Assembly: GCA_964016885.1 (NCBI GenBank)
Contig: OZ024742.1
Coordinates: 145,018,001 to 145,082,000, forward strand
Direction of reading: 5' to 3'
From: Eledone cirrhosa
Lineage: Eukaryota
Length of the DNA stretch: 64,000 nucleotides
The position numbers were made by a program, and so were the translations under genes. Below the pieces are notes generated by a model. It was given only the letters and a program-made list of their open reading frames with translations, ran no database searches and had not been told where the DNA came from. Shown one piece after another: positions 1-14,308 of this stretch. Position 1 is the first letter of the stretch. The number at the start of each line of letters is the position of its first letter.

Positions 1-2984
1 CGAAGTGCGTTCCAGATAGTTCTAGCTATCCCATCGTGTCTCATGGGGAGGTAGTAGCGAGATGACATTCTTTCGCAGCTGGCAACAATGTGGCTTACAT
101 CCTCGATCTTTGTTTTACATAGCCTACATTTATTGTCAGCTGCTGGCCCTCCTCTTTTGTGCAGCAGATATTTGGTAGGGAGTTCTTGTTCCTGTATTGC
201 ATAGAGATATCCCTCAAGGTGTGATGTCATAAACTTGTCGGAACTCCATGCCAGGCTTTTTGAGTGGTTTATCCCCTCTATGGTCTGTGTTTTACGCCTC
301 AAGTATCCATGCACAACTTTCTCTGTAAATTGGTCAATTTTTTTTTCTTGTTTGAACATTGAATAGGATCTTCCGATTTCTCTGGGTGAGAGATTTATAT
401 CAGGCTTTATTCCATATCTCTCCTCCAGATCAGTCGCTATTCTAATGATATTTCTTTTTTCATGCTCATAAACCTGAGCAAGATGGTCGCCAACCTTTTT
501 CCTCTGTTGAAGGTGTTGCTTCAGTGTTACTATCCGGGTCTCATATGTTGTTAATATTGATTTTAGACCCCGGCCACCTTCCTTGCGTGAGAAGTATAGC
601 CTATCCACATCACCATTGATGTTAAAGTTCCCAGTAACACTGAGAAGTTTTCGAGTTCTAACATCCATCTCACTTAGTTCTTGCAATGACCAGTTCAGTA
701 GGCCAAATGTTGGCGTTAGAATTGGCACAGCATAGGTATTGTGGGCAATGTATTTGTTGTATGCTGACAGTTCTGATGACCATATTTTTTTTACTCTTCT
801 GAGGTATTCAGTTCTGGTTCTCTCCTTATTTATGGGTCCATCATATCTGACATTCTCATCCTGTCCAAGATATCTGTAGTTGTCACCTGACTGCAGAGGT
901 TGTATTGTCAGGCCGTTCATCTCTAAATTTCTAGAGGAGGGCACAGCTCTTCCACGTTTTACTGCCAAATATGCACACTTGGACTCACCAAATTTCATTT
1001 TGATGTCGGTTGAAAATTGTGTAATGAGGTCCAATTGTTTCTTGATGTCATTGATATTTGGCCCATACAACTTCAGGTCATCAACAAAGAAAAGATGGGA
1101 GATACTTCTGGGCCCACTTCTTTGTCCACCTTGTTTCCTGAGTAGGTAAGATAGTGGATTCAGTGAGAGAACGAAGAGTAGTACTGACAAGCTATCACCC
1201 TGAAAGATGCCCTTCTGGTAATGTATCCTATCAGTCTTAACCTGCTCCTTCTCACCTCTAAGGATCAAATTGGTGTACCAGTTCTTGGTCAGGCGTTCAA
1301 CAGCAGCTACTAATGGTTGTGGGACTTTAGCTAACTGTAAAGCCTTAATAATCCACCCATGAGGTACACTATCAAATGCTTTTTGATAGTCCAGCCACAC
1401 GACAGTCATGTTTCTGCGATTCTTTGTTGTTTTTTCCTAAATCATTTTGTTAGTTAGTAGGTGATCTATGCAACCCCACACCTCCCTCTTTCCACCAGCT
1501 TTCCCAGGTGTTATGATGTTGTTGGTAGCACAGTGATCCTGTAAGAACAGGTTAAGGCACCCAGTATATAATTTATACATGATGTTTTGGCAGGCAATTG
1601 GGCGGTAATTTTTAGCAAGGGTGGCTATTTTGGGGAATGAGGAGAGTAGTGGCAGTTGATAACCATCTGGGCAGTTCTTGTGTGCCCTTAATGGTTTCTG
1701 TAAACAGCCGTATGAGATCTTGCCGATAGAAAGTGAAATTCTTCAACCAGTTTCCTGTAATGAGGTCTGGGCCTGGCGATTTCCTATTCGACATTTTCTG
1801 TAGAGCTGTTTCCAGTATTGACCCATCTATGTCATATTGTTTTGTCTGGACATGTTGGCAGTAGTCCTGTTCCAGTTGTTTTAGCCAATTAGCTTGTCTG
1901 TTGAATCCGTCATCCGTTTCCCATACAGATCTCCAGTAGTTCTCAACCTGTTCTTTTGAAGGGGTGTCGTTTACAGGGATTGAGCTTTTGCCACCGAAGC
2001 TGCGATAAACTGATTTAGGATCTCTGGCAAACAATCTATTTAGCACTTGTCGTTTATGGGCTGTTGACTTATATTTTAGTCTTTCTGTTGTAGCTGTGAG
2101 TTGTTGTTTCAACTGGTGTAATTTGGAGTTCAAAGTTTTAAATTTGGTATCTCCAAATCGTCTCTCTAACTTTTTCTTTAGGTCTTCCTGGTGTCGTGTG
2201 AAGTTTCTCTCTATGTTGCATTTCATAACGACTGCGATGTGTGAGATACTTCGTCTCAGGGACAAAATTTTGGTTTTTAAATTTCGCATCCATGCTGGTT
2301 CAGGCTTTCTGTTTGTATCTTGATTGCGTGGTTTTAGATGTGTGTTATATGATAGCAATGTGACAGCTGAAACATATAACAAAACATTAAGCGTTTCAAA
2401 TGTCGTTTCTACACCTTTAGATCGTATAGCCTTCAGATAATTGCCAGCTATTTCGTTCACCGCTTCCAATTCCAATTTAGTGGGTTCTTTACTGACTCTA
2501 GTGTTGTATGGTCTGTCACTCACATTAAGGCTGTGTATCTCTTGAAACATATCGTTCCATATCACTTGTAGGGTGCCCACAAGTTTTTGGTGCTCTGTTT
2601 GTTCAGTAGAGTCATGAATTGCAGCCTCGTTGTTGATGTGGTGACAATTACTACTAGAGTCAGCTGACCTTTCTCGCTGTTCTTCAGTGGAAGTGGGATG
2701 GATTTCAGCAAAATTGTTGGTGAGCTGTTCACTGTTAGATTTAGCTGGCCATTCTCTTTGTCTGTCAGTGGAGGTGGGGTGGTTGTCTACAAGGGCTGTA
2801 TTTGTAGTATCACTCGATTCCGTTAGATGTATCAATTTACATCTAATGATACGTTTTGCCTGTTCATTTAGATGCTTTGGAGAAAAGTCTAATTCTGGGT
2901 GTTTGGAGTTCCATAAAGTTATTAGCCTTTGCATAAAACCGAACTTTTGGGGTTCAGATTGTTTGTATGCTTCATATAATTCTA
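1..2984 (-). mobile_element. Decayed, 5'-truncated non-LTR retrotransposon of the restriction-like-endonuclease (R4/Dong-like) type; continues off the left window edge
   Basis: Minus-strand ORF 1612-2934 (KSPGPDLITG..., TLLIP) continues through frameshifts and stops into RT motifs WLDYQKAFDSVPH (~1357-1397), GIFQGDSLS (~1185-1212) and FFVDDLKLY (~1065-1095), then a CCHC knuckle CRLC...HIVASC and YYLPMRHD at 30-130. Homologous to the element at 27240-31346. The 5' break abuts the (TATG)n tract. Confidence 0.9.
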
Positions 2985-3014
2985 TGTATGTATATATATA
3001 TGTATGTATGTATG

Positions 3015-3050
<36 letters not shown>

Positions 3051-3648
3051 TGTATGTATGTATGTATGTATGTATGTATGTATGTATGTATGTATGTATG
3101 TATGTATGTATGTATGTATGTATGTATGTATGTATATATTTATGTATGTATGTATATATATATTTATGTATTTATGTATATATATATTTATGTATGTATG
3201 TATATATATATTTATGTATGTATATATATATTTATGTATGTATGTATGTATATATATATATATGTATGTATGTATGTATATATATGTATGTATGTATTAT
3301 ATATATATATATATGTATGTATGTATATATATATGTATGTATATATACATATGTATGTATGTATATATATATGTATGTATATATATATATAAAAGCTTCA
3401 CGGCACAGGCATTGCTTTATATCTGGAGATCTCTCTGCACTTGTCGTCACATGGTACCATGGACCCAGCACTATGTGTCAATAATTGTCACAAGTGTAGT
3501 GTTTGTACCAGAGTTTTCTAGTCGCTGGCTGGACTAAAAAGTCACAATCGTTCAGCGCATTGGTAGGGGTTCTCCTACATGGATATAAAGTAGTGGCCGT
3601 ACTCGAAAACGAGTTGGCAGCCACCATGTATATATATATGTATGTATG

Positions 3649-3683
<35 letters not shown>

Positions 3684-3974
3684 ATATATATATATATGTG
3701 TGTATGTATATATATATGTATATATGTATGTATATATATATGTATGTATGTATATATATATATATATGTATGTATATATATATATATGTATGTATATATA
3801 TATGTATCTATGTATATATATATGTATGTATGTATATATATATGTATGTATGTATATATATATGTATGTATGTATATATATATATATATATGTATGTATA
3901 TATATATGTATGTATATATATTTATTAAAATAACAGATTAAAGTTTAAGCAAAGAATCGCTGTATGTATATATG

Positions 3975-4007
<33 letters not shown>

Positions 4008-4035
4008 GTATATATATGTATGTATGTATATATAT

Positions 4036-4090
<55 letters not shown>

Positions 4091-4103
4091 TATATATGTA
4101 TGT

Positions 4104-4162
<59 letters not shown>

Positions 4163-4216
4163 TATATGTATGTATGTATACATATGTATGTATGTATGTA
4201 TATATATATATGTATG

Positions 4217-4263
<47 letters not shown>

Positions 4264-4269
4264 GTATGT

Positions 4270-4303
<34 letters not shown>

Positions 4304-4326
4304 GTATATATATGTATGTATGTATG

Positions 4327-4397
<71 letters not shown>
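2985..4397. repeat. Compound (TATG)n/(TA)n microsatellite field, interrupted at 3391-3627 and ~3921-3962
   Basis: Directly visible; it generates the spurious YI/YVCM ORFs. Confidence 0.97.
3391..3627 (+). mobile_element. 5'-truncated copy (3' ~237 bp) of the non-coding retroposon at 46261-46870
   Basis: Close reverse complement of 46261-46497 (aaaagcttcacggcacagg...gagttggcagccacca); flanked by TA/TATG tracts. Confidence 0.85.
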
Positions 4398-4972
<575 letters not shown>

Positions 4973-6620
4973 TACGACAAAATCTGACAACAGGCAAAAT
5001 TCCCCTTGAGGTTCGGTGGCCTTGGCCTCAGCTGAACACCTGATTTGGCACTGCCGGCCTATCTTTCCTCTATCATTTCCAGTCGCGCCCTAATCCATAT
5101 GGTTTTTTTGCAATACATAAGAATCTAATGTTGAGCGGGAACTCGAGTCAACTCTTGCTGTCTGGGTTTCCGATAGTCGATACTGTGCCCAACTATCCGA
5201 ATTGGTTGGCATCAAATGCAGAATACCCAGTACGCGGATCGAGTCTTCTCTTGATCAACACCGTCCCGCTTGTCTTCTATCTTCCAAGCAACCAAACAGT
5301 GGCGCATGGCTCAATAACCGTCTAATGAATTGAACCGAAGTATCATCGACTAAACGCGCTCTTAGCTAAATACGAATTTGCTACGAAGGTTTATGCTTTT
5401 CCTATAAAGTTTCAAAGCTGTTCGTGTTACTATTGGCATTATCCTTCGATCCTGTAAGGGAACTTTTCCGCGGATGCTCAATTTGCTAGAAATATCAGCC
5501 AGGACCTTTCAAATAACATCCTACTACTTTAATTATGGGATGGATAGTGAACTCTTTTTGAGACCCCTTTAAAGAGGGGATGGTCGTGGTTGTAAAACTT
5601 TCGATTCGACTGGTAAAATTTAATCAATTGTTTCAACGTATTTTATTACAACTACTCACGCATTTTCACTCTCGTTTCAAACATAATACCTGCATTTATT
5701 GTTTGCAAATCTTTCTCAATAGTGATTGAATAACTGGAGTACTGGAGGTTTAGAGCTATAAGTTGGACTCAACGCATTTAGTACCAAGAAAGAAAGTATT
5801 TTGATCATTAGCTTCATCTTTTCAATTTATTGATTTCCGTTCACATCAAATCAAATGTTTTCATCAGAATGTTTTGAGTTTATAAGCACTTGCTGTGCTG
5901 ATTCAGTACTGATATCTTTGTAGTATTTGATTAAGTGCAAGAATCCATTATTTGGGAGATTTCATTCTGGGGAAATTTCATTTACGAGAAGAATTCCTTC
6001 TTTGAGAGATTTATGGGTGAAGTTCCATAAACGAATTTATTCCTATGCTTTAGCAAATACTTTATGCAGTTTAGCACAAAGCTCACTGATTAGCTGCAAT
6101 ATCAGAAATAATATAACTAATTCTACATTCCTCGGTAGAAATCTTCTAACACGGATTCTCGTGTTTTAAGCTGGTGGTAATCTTTTGGGAAAGGTATTCA
6201 TGCACATAGCAATATAGTTTTTAAAATGAGATTTTTCCTAAAAGCAAACGTTAATGAGGATAAATGTCTCCGCGTGCCACTGAAGCACACAATAATGACG
6301 CTTAGCTCCAGATTCAGTAGCTTGAAGCAGTTGAGAGAGAGAGATCGCCATTTTGGTCATTACATCATTCTATTACAGAGAGCATTCAGTGAGCCAGTCT
6401 AGAAAACCTCTACGTTGTCGCCCCCATGTGCTAGAAAAAACAGCCAGATAAACCTCAAATAACAATTTTGAATTTTAACAAAGGAATGACATATCCAATA
6501 ATATAGTCCAAGATACATTACGTCTGAAAATTAATAAAGATGGGATGGGCAGAACTGGAACGCTTTTCGTTATGGATCTGTTCAATCAGAGAAGAACTGG
6601 ATTGATCAACAACAACGATT

Positions 6621-6651
<31 letters not shown>

Positions 6652-6667
6652 TAATAATAATTACTAC

Positions 6668-6701
<34 letters not shown>

Positions 6702-6702
<1 letters not shown>

Positions 6703-6898
6703 GGTGAATTGGCAGTGTCGGTAGAGGGTCAGACACCATGCTTTGCAGCAAATAGTTATGGCCCTTTATGTTCAGAGTTCAAATCCCGCCGAGGTTAACT
6801 TTGCCTTTCATCCTTACGGGGTCGATAAAATAAAGTACCAGTAATACACTGGGTTAATTGCTGGCCTTGTGCCAAAAGTAGAAACAATTATTATTATT
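6702..6898 (+). mobile_element. tRNA-derived SINE, family A (gagttcaaatcc...gtcgataaaataaagtaccagt...ggccttgtgccaaaa + ATT tail)
   Basis: B-box-like GAGTTCAAATCC and (ATT)n tail; the same family recurs at ~33018, 33231, 35158, 47960, 57275, 57460 and 62300. Confidence 0.8.
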
Positions 6899-7169
6899 AC
6901 AACAATGATAACAACATATTTAGAAGGTTTGGTTCGAATATATTTGCTCGAAACCAAGTAAAGTAAGGTGTGTATAATTAAATTATGCTATATATATAGT
7001 CGTTACTAAACGCCTACAGCCAATATGAACTCAAAACCCACGATCAGTTAATTCAATAACGCCTTCGTCCATTTTGCTATTTTACAGCATTTACTTTAAA
7101 ATCAATAGTTACGTCACTGGAGATGTGTTGTTTACTTCCTGGTATACAGAGATTCGACACACGCGTATA

Positions 7170-7218
<49 letters not shown>

Positions 7219-7221
<3 letters not shown>

Positions 7222-7457
7222 AACCAGTAAGACCCCGACGGCTGAGCTCAAGCCGTTTCGACGGCTAATTCTGGACTGAGCTCAGCCGTCGGGGTCTTAC
7301 TGGTTCCTATTACCCACTCTGTTACCCACTCTACTATCCTAAGTATTGAGTACTTTGGTGCGTTATGGTCCACCTGGTTCCTTACCACATTTCCTTCGTT
7401 ATATATAGAATTAGCCGTCGAAACGGCTTGAGCTCAGCCGTCGGGGTCTTACTTACT

Positions 7458-7460
<3 letters not shown>
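7219..7460. mobile_element. Short inverted-arm insertion in (TA)n carrying the 3' half of a hammerhead-like motif
   Basis: 7219-7272 is the reverse complement of ~7407-7460; contains GAAA-CGGCT-TGAGCTC-AGCCG-TC (helix III plus GUC) but no CUGANGA. Confidence 0.6.
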
Positions 7461-7494
<34 letters not shown>

Positions 7495-7582
7495 CCCTTG
7501 CTAGCGTGGAAGATAGACGTTAAACGATGATGATGATGATAATGATATATAAATATATAGGGATTCTACGCACACACACGTG

Positions 7583-7617
<35 letters not shown>

Positions 7618-7716
7618 ATGTGTGTGTGTGAGTGGGCGCGCGCGCGTATGTGTGTGTGCCCTTTATATATTTCTACCACACTGAACCGGCTTTTTGAAAC
7701 TTATTGGTCTTTTATC

Positions 7717-7757
<41 letters not shown>

Positions 7758-8153
7758 AATAAACACAAAGAAGTGTGTTTTGAATTACATGGGTTGAAAA
7801 ACCACTTTGGTGCAATGCATATAATCTATGAAGAAACGGAAGATACATAATAACTGGAAAAGATGAATTAAAATGTACTAACCATTTCAATAACTATTAA
7901 ACAGATAGATTTTGTTTCGTCATAAATGACTGGCTGTGTCAGATAACCCTAGGGTTTCTCAACAGGAGTAAGGGTTATATGAACAGCACACCTAGAGATA
8001 ATTTAAGTAACTATATATCGCACATGGTGTATATAGTAAGAAGACAAGTAACACCTCGTGCGACAGAGAACACATGAGTGGATCGTAGAACGGCTAGAAA
8101 GGGCATCCTACACCCACTCAACTTCAAAAGCTCAAGAAAGAACGAGAGAAATC

Positions 8154-8220
<67 letters not shown>

Positions 8221-8225
<5 letters not shown>

Positions 8226-8501
8226 ATATTTGGGGAGGGTCATATTTGCGTAATATTGCCAGAATTAATAACAGAACACACTCACTGTTTGGTTGGTTTT
8301 CGCTTCTCGCTGTCTTTTATATATATATATCTGCGATCTAACTTACTCGGTCCTATATATATAAAAGACAGCGAGAAGCGAAAACCAACCAAACAGTGAG
8401 TGTGTTCTGTTATTAATTCTGGCAATATTACGCAAATATGACCCTCCCCAAATATAACAATATCTGTTTCGACACACGATTTCATATAAAAAACCTCGCA
8501 A

Positions 8502-8505
<4 letters not shown>
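8221..8505. mobile_element. Palindromic 3'-end fragment of PLE family 2 (same as 38785-39997)
   Basis: 8221-8325 is the reverse complement of ~8355-8460; carries the terminal motif atgaccctccccaaatataacaatatc..tttcgacacacgatttca shared with the Neptune-like 3' end; flanked by (TA)n. Confidence 0.85.
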
Positions 8506-8543
<38 letters not shown>

Positions 8544-8546
<3 letters not shown>

Positions 8547-9537
8547 TAGAACACTGGACGGTAATATCAGTAGTGGTAGAGCACTCAGTCCATGGGACGA
8601 GTTAGGTAGAAGTGGTTACACAACAGTTAGTTCACCATACCGAGAACAATTGTTTCACCTTAGCAGATCTTCAGCTCGTAATGGGCATGGTTATACGGAA
8701 CAGGAAGGACAACCGTACGAACGCGCATGCGCAGAAACCGGTCACTTCACACAGGCAATGCTAAAATGCGTGCGAGAGGTGTACGGGAGATAACTGCGAA
8801 AGTCCGAAAAGTGTTGAAGGGGACAAGCTTCGAGCTTACGGCAAGAGCACCCTGGTGAGGTGTTGCTCCTAGGGCTACTGGTGATGTGGGCCTTCATGTT
8901 CTTAGCGCAGGAGTATCCTAGTTTAACTTTGTGTCGGTTAAAGATGGAGCGGTATTTATGACCTATGGGAAAGTGTCTATCTAAGAGGGCTAGAAATTTG
9001 TTTAACGTTGACTGAGAAGGGAGGAGAGAACCAGATAGTTTGTCTATTGTTACGCTTTCTTTTCTTATTGCTGTTGTTGATAGTGGGAGAGTAAGTGATA
9101 GGTTGTGAGAAGCCGCTGTTAGCTAACGCCGTGTTATAGTAGGGTGCCGCCCTGTCAAAGATAGCCTTATTAGAGGAGAGGTTTGAGATTCTAGTACTGA
9201 TATTATTTACGAAGTTTCTAAAAACAGTGGGAGGGTGGCATGAGTCTTTGTGAATGTAATTAACTTTCTCGTTTAGCTTATGGAAGGGTCTGTGGGTGTG
9301 TGTCCGAAGGGCTAAATTAATGTCTAAGAAATCTACGCTAGAGAGGTTGGTAGCTACTGTTATCCTAAGTCCTAACTCGTTGAAGGTAGAAGCTAAGTCT
9401 TTTTTAAACCGGTCGAGGTCGTGACCACTTTTATGGCTCGATAATGTCAATCCATCATCACGGTATATTCCCGTGTGGAAGTCCGGGAATCTAACACGTA
9501 ATATGTCTAAAATAAATAGGCCAACCAAGTCACATAC
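8544..9537 (-). mobile_element. Internally deleted Penelope-like element of the YRDD type (Nematis-like): RT core/thumb, start of the Cys linker, and 3' UTR with an HHR
   Basis: ORF 8977-9528: GIYRDDGL, VDFLDINL, YIHKDSCHPP, IWFSPPFS. After a frameshift it continues LLDRHFP..SIFNRHKVKLGYSC..CSCRKLEACPL; no GIY-YIG domain follows. HHR at 8641-8678. The clade assignment is from memory of the motifs. Confidence 0.78.
8641..8678 (-). ncRNA. Minimal type I hammerhead ribozyme
   Basis: Reverse complement reads CGAG-CTGAAGA-TCTGCTAAGGT-GAAA-CAATTG-TT-CTCG: helix I CGAG/CTCG, palindromic helix III ACAATTGT, weak helix II. Confidence 0.72.
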
Positions 9538-10616
9538 GAGAGAGAGTAAGGGGATGTGAGAGAGAAAGATAGAGAGTAAGGGGATGAGAGAGAAAGACGA
9601 TGAAAGAGAGAGAGAGAGGGAAAGTAACCAGCGTTCTTAAATGTTTATTTATTTATTATTTTTACATACTTTTTAACTCTCCCGCTTCCTTAACGTTATT
9701 TATCTTTTCTTTATTTTTTGGTTCTCTATTTCGTAGAGAGAGTGGGGATGTGAGAGAGAAATAAAAAGAGAGAGAGTAATGGGATGAGAGAGGGGGGGGG
9801 GAAGTGGCTAGCGTTCATTAACTTTTATTTATTTATTAGTTTTACACACTTCTTAACTCTCCCATAGTTATTTATCTTTTATTTATTTTTTGTTTGCTAT
9901 TGTGTAAGGATGAGAGAGAGAAAGAAAGAGAGATGAGAAAGAGAAAGGGAGTGAGACGGATGGGGAGATGAGAGAGAGAAAAAAAAGTAAAGAGGCAGGA
10001 GAGAGGGAGGGTGATTGGAGGGACTCTTTAAATAACGTGTGTCCGCGTTTATATATATATTTACACACACATATGTGTGTGTTATGGGGGGGGGGGGGGG
10101 CTTCTTTAGCAGACGATATATGTTACCATCAAAGCTTATTTTCTACATATGTCTAAAGAAATCACAGATGCTTTTATAGAAGTTGTATCATCATCATCAT
10201 TATCATCATTTTACGTCCGCTTTTCCCTGCTTGCAAGGGTATATATATGTATGTATTTAAGAGACAAAAAAAAACGGTATTTTTAAAAGATATTATTTGA
10301 ATATATTATTTTCCGCTGTTATTTGAATTAACACAGAACATATTTTTTTTTGTAGTGTTTGTCGTTTTTTTGGATACAATCTGAAATCCCAATATTTTCT
10401 ACATATGTCTAAAATTAATTACACCTAATATACATTCATATAAAGAGATCATTTAAAACAACTTTACTGAGTGAACAGTACATTCTATAATTGATTCTAT
10501 TTCGGAAAGAGTGTGGTGTGTAATAATTGTTTCTATGTTTGGCACAAGGCCAGCAATTATTCCAGTGCATTACTGGTACTTTATTTTATCGTGTGATGTG
10601 TAATAATATCACTTCA

Positions 10617-13600
10617 AATACCTAGAAAACGTTCCAGATCATTATATGGAAGGTCATCTTCAGAGGCTAAGAGAAAGAAAACACAACGATCTGAAGAAAG
10701 TGAAGAAGTTCGGCATGCCCGTCTAGCTGCTAACAGAGCCCAAACAGCTTTAGCACGAGCACACAGTTTGGATGAAAGGGAACAAAGGACTGCTGCTACA
10801 CGAGAACAACAAATTAAGGAACAGCAGCAAATCAGACGAAATGCTAAAAACAAAGTGGACATTTGGAGCGAATTTGTGAAACTCATATAGCCTATGATTC
10901 ACTCCAATATCCGCTCATCTTTTGGAATGGTCAAGATGGATATCATTTTCAGCTACGGCAGATCAGCCCAGGAACGAGACAAGAAACTGGCCGATCAATC
11001 AGCTGCAAAGAATTCTATGCTTAACATTTCATGGTACGTGATCACTTCAACCAAGTTCTGCGATTCAAAGAAGTAACCAGCCAGTTCATGGTGGACATGT
11101 ATGCCAAAATTGAAACAGAAAGATTGGGTTTTCTGCGAAGGAATCAAACTAAGAGGGCAGATAACTACATCCACCTTAGAGATGCCATCAATTCTGATGT
11201 TGACCCAAGAAATATTGGCCAGCCAATCATACTACCATCAAGCTTCACGGGAGGACCACGTTACATGCATGAACGCGCGCAAGATGCAATGGCCTATGTC
11301 AGAAAATTTGGTTGGCTAGATCTCTTCATTACATTTACATGCAATTCAAACTGGTCAGAAATATCAAATGAATTATTTCAAAATCAAAAAACCAAAGGAT
11401 CGACATGACCTCATTGCTCGGGTTTTACATGAAAAGCAAAAAAAACTCATCTGGCTCTTAAAAGAAGGAAGAATCTTTGGTGAGCTTAGTGCTTGGATGA
11501 GCACTATTGAGTGGTAGAAGAGAGGTCTTCCTCACTCTCACACACTAATCTGGTGCAAGGAGAAGATAAGACCAGATGATGTTGATAAGATCATTTCAGC
11601 AGAGTTGCCTGATAAAGGTGGTGATCCAGAGCTCTTTGAAACCATCAAGTCCAAACTCAGAGGCTGGATTGATGATTCCACATGGACCCTTCATGGTCCA
11701 TGTGGAGTCATTAATCCAGCCTCTCCCTGCATGAAAGATAAAAAATGCAGCATACATTATCCTAGAGCTTTTATTCGGGAAACTCGGACTGACAATAATG
11801 GATACCCCCTTTATCGTAGGCGTAGACCAGAACATGGAGGCAATATTGCAAGCCTAACAGTTCGAGAAGAGGAGCTGACCATAAGCAATCAGTGGGTCGT
11901 CCCACACAACAAATTGTTGTGTAAACTTTTAAAAGCTCATATCAATGTTGAGTATTGAAGCTCCGTCAAGGCAATCCTATATGTCACAAAATATATCAAC
12001 AAGGGCAGTGACATGGCTACCTTTACTACTGACAAAGAACTCAATGATGGTGGGCTGGATGAGGTCAAACGGTATCAAACAGGTCGATACATCTCCAGAA
12101 ATGAAGCTATCTGGCGAATCTTTGGATTTGATATCCATCAACGCCACCCAACAGAGGTCAACCTTGCAGTCCATCTGGAAAATGGACAGAGAGTGTACTT
12201 CACTGAGATCACTGCTCATCAGTTGGCACAAGCATCACATGACACTACACTAAGTGCTTTCTTTAAACTCTGCCAGAATGATGAATTTGCTCGATCCCTC
12301 CTATATGCTGAAGTCCCAACATTCTACACCTGGACCAATTACAAGACCTGGAATCGAAGAAAGCAGGGTCATTTAGTGGAAGGTCATGAAGTCAAGTCAA
12401 GTGATGCTATTGGGCATGTTTACAATGTCCATCCAAACAACAAAGAATGTTTTTATTTACGGCTACTTCTGCATACTGTTCGAGGACCAACGTCATTTGA
12501 GGATCTTAGGTGCTTCAGAGGAAGGGAGTGCGCAACATACCAAGAAGCATATAAACAGCATGGACTCCTGCATGACAATGGACACCGGAAGAAGTGCCTA
12601 GAAGAAGCAGCAATCACTCAAGTAGCAGGTCAAATAACACAATTACTTGCTATTATGCTCACAGCATGTGGAATTTATGAAGCTCATCTACTCTGGTAGG
12701 AGTACAAAAACAATATGTCGGAAGACTATCTACACCTAGCCCTAAGACATCATGGCAATATGTATATGGAATATACCTCCAGGATTTACAATCAAACTCT
12801 CTGTGACCTGTCCCATCGAGTTCAGGCAATGAATAGCACATTAACTAACTGCGGGATGCCAGAGCGAGATGAAGAAATGGAGGCAGCAAAAGACATTTTT
12901 CAGGAGACAAACTACAATATTCAAGCATTGCGTAAGTTTGTGGATGAAAATGAACCTCGATTGATGGATGACCAGAAATACGCCTACCACAACATCATCG
13001 AAAACATTCAAAATGACAGGAGAGGACTTTTCTTCATCGATGCTCCTGCTGACACAGGCAAGACATTCCTCATAAACCTCCTGCTTGTAAAAGTTCGCCA
13101 AAAGCAACATATTGCCCTTGGTGTCGCTTCAAGTGGCATTGCAGCAACACTTCTGGATGGAGGAAGAACTGTACACTCCATGTTTAAGCTGCCTATAGAT
13201 CTCACACGGCATGAACAACCTTTTTGCAACATCAAGAAAGACTCACCCAAGGGCAAGCTTCTGCAAACATGCAAGATGATAATTTGGGATGAAGCTACTA
13301 TGAGCAATTGAAGCTTTGGAGCGGACGATAAGGGATCTGAGAGAAAATAGTTGCATAATGGGAGGAGTGACAATGGTTCTTGCTGGTGATTTCAGACAAA
13401 CTCTGCCTGTAATTCTTCGAGGGACTCGAGCGGATCAGGTCAATGCCTGTCTGAAAACATCCTATCTCTGGCCCCGATTTCAGCTGCTGAGCCTTACAAC
13501 CAACATGCAAGTGCACTTAACTGGTGACGAAGGTGTCAGTGAGTTTGCCATCCAACTACTTAAATTGGGAAATGGACTTCTTGAAAAGGACTCCAATGAC

Positions 13601-14308
13601 CATATTCAGTTGTCATTTGGCCATATCATTGACACAGAACAAGAACTGTTTGCCAGAGTGTTTCCAAACATTCAGACCTGGCAATGTGATCCGAAATGGC
13701 TCTGTGAATGAGCAATCTTAGCACCTAAAAATGTTGCTGTGAAAGAAATCAACAGAAGGCTGCTGGAGATGTTACCGGGAGAGAAAATATGCTACAAATC
13801 AGTTGACACAATCACTTCTCATGACCAGGTTGTAAACTATCCAACTGAATTTTTGAACAGTCTTGAACAAGCGGCAATTCCTCCACACAACCTGTTACTG
13901 AAGCTTGGAACATCGGTTATGCTACTTCGCAATCTGGATCCTCCAAAACTTTGTAATGGCACAAGACTCATCATCAAAAATATGATGTCCAATGTTCTAG
14001 AAGTTGCAATCATGTCAGGAAAATTTTCTGGTGACAATTGTTTCATTCCCAGAATACCTCTGAAGCCAACTGATTTGCCATTTGAAATTCAAAGACTTTA
14101 ATTTCCGATCAGGCTCAGTTTTACCATGACCATTAATAAATCTCAAGGGCAATCATTGAAAGTCGTTGGGTTGAATCTGGCAGATCCTGTCTTTTCACAC
14201 GGTCAATTCTATGTTGACACAATAGGGGTTGGGAACCCTGATTGTCTCTTCATTGTGGCACCACAGGGCAAAACCAAGAATGTTGTTTATCCAAAGGCTT
14301 TGGAATGA
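10617..14308 (+). pseudogene. Helitron Rep/PIF1-helicase (RepHel) coding region, broken by stops, frameshifts and an N-terminal deletion
   Basis: Rep motifs GGPRYMH..QDAMAYVRKFG..DLFITFTCN, EW*KRGLPHSH (HUH, ~11510-11545), KYINKG; helicase motifs FFIDAPADTGKTFL, IIWDEA, GDFRQTLP, LLRNLDPPKLCNGTRL, TINKSQGQS, FSHGQFYV. Confidence 0.95.
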
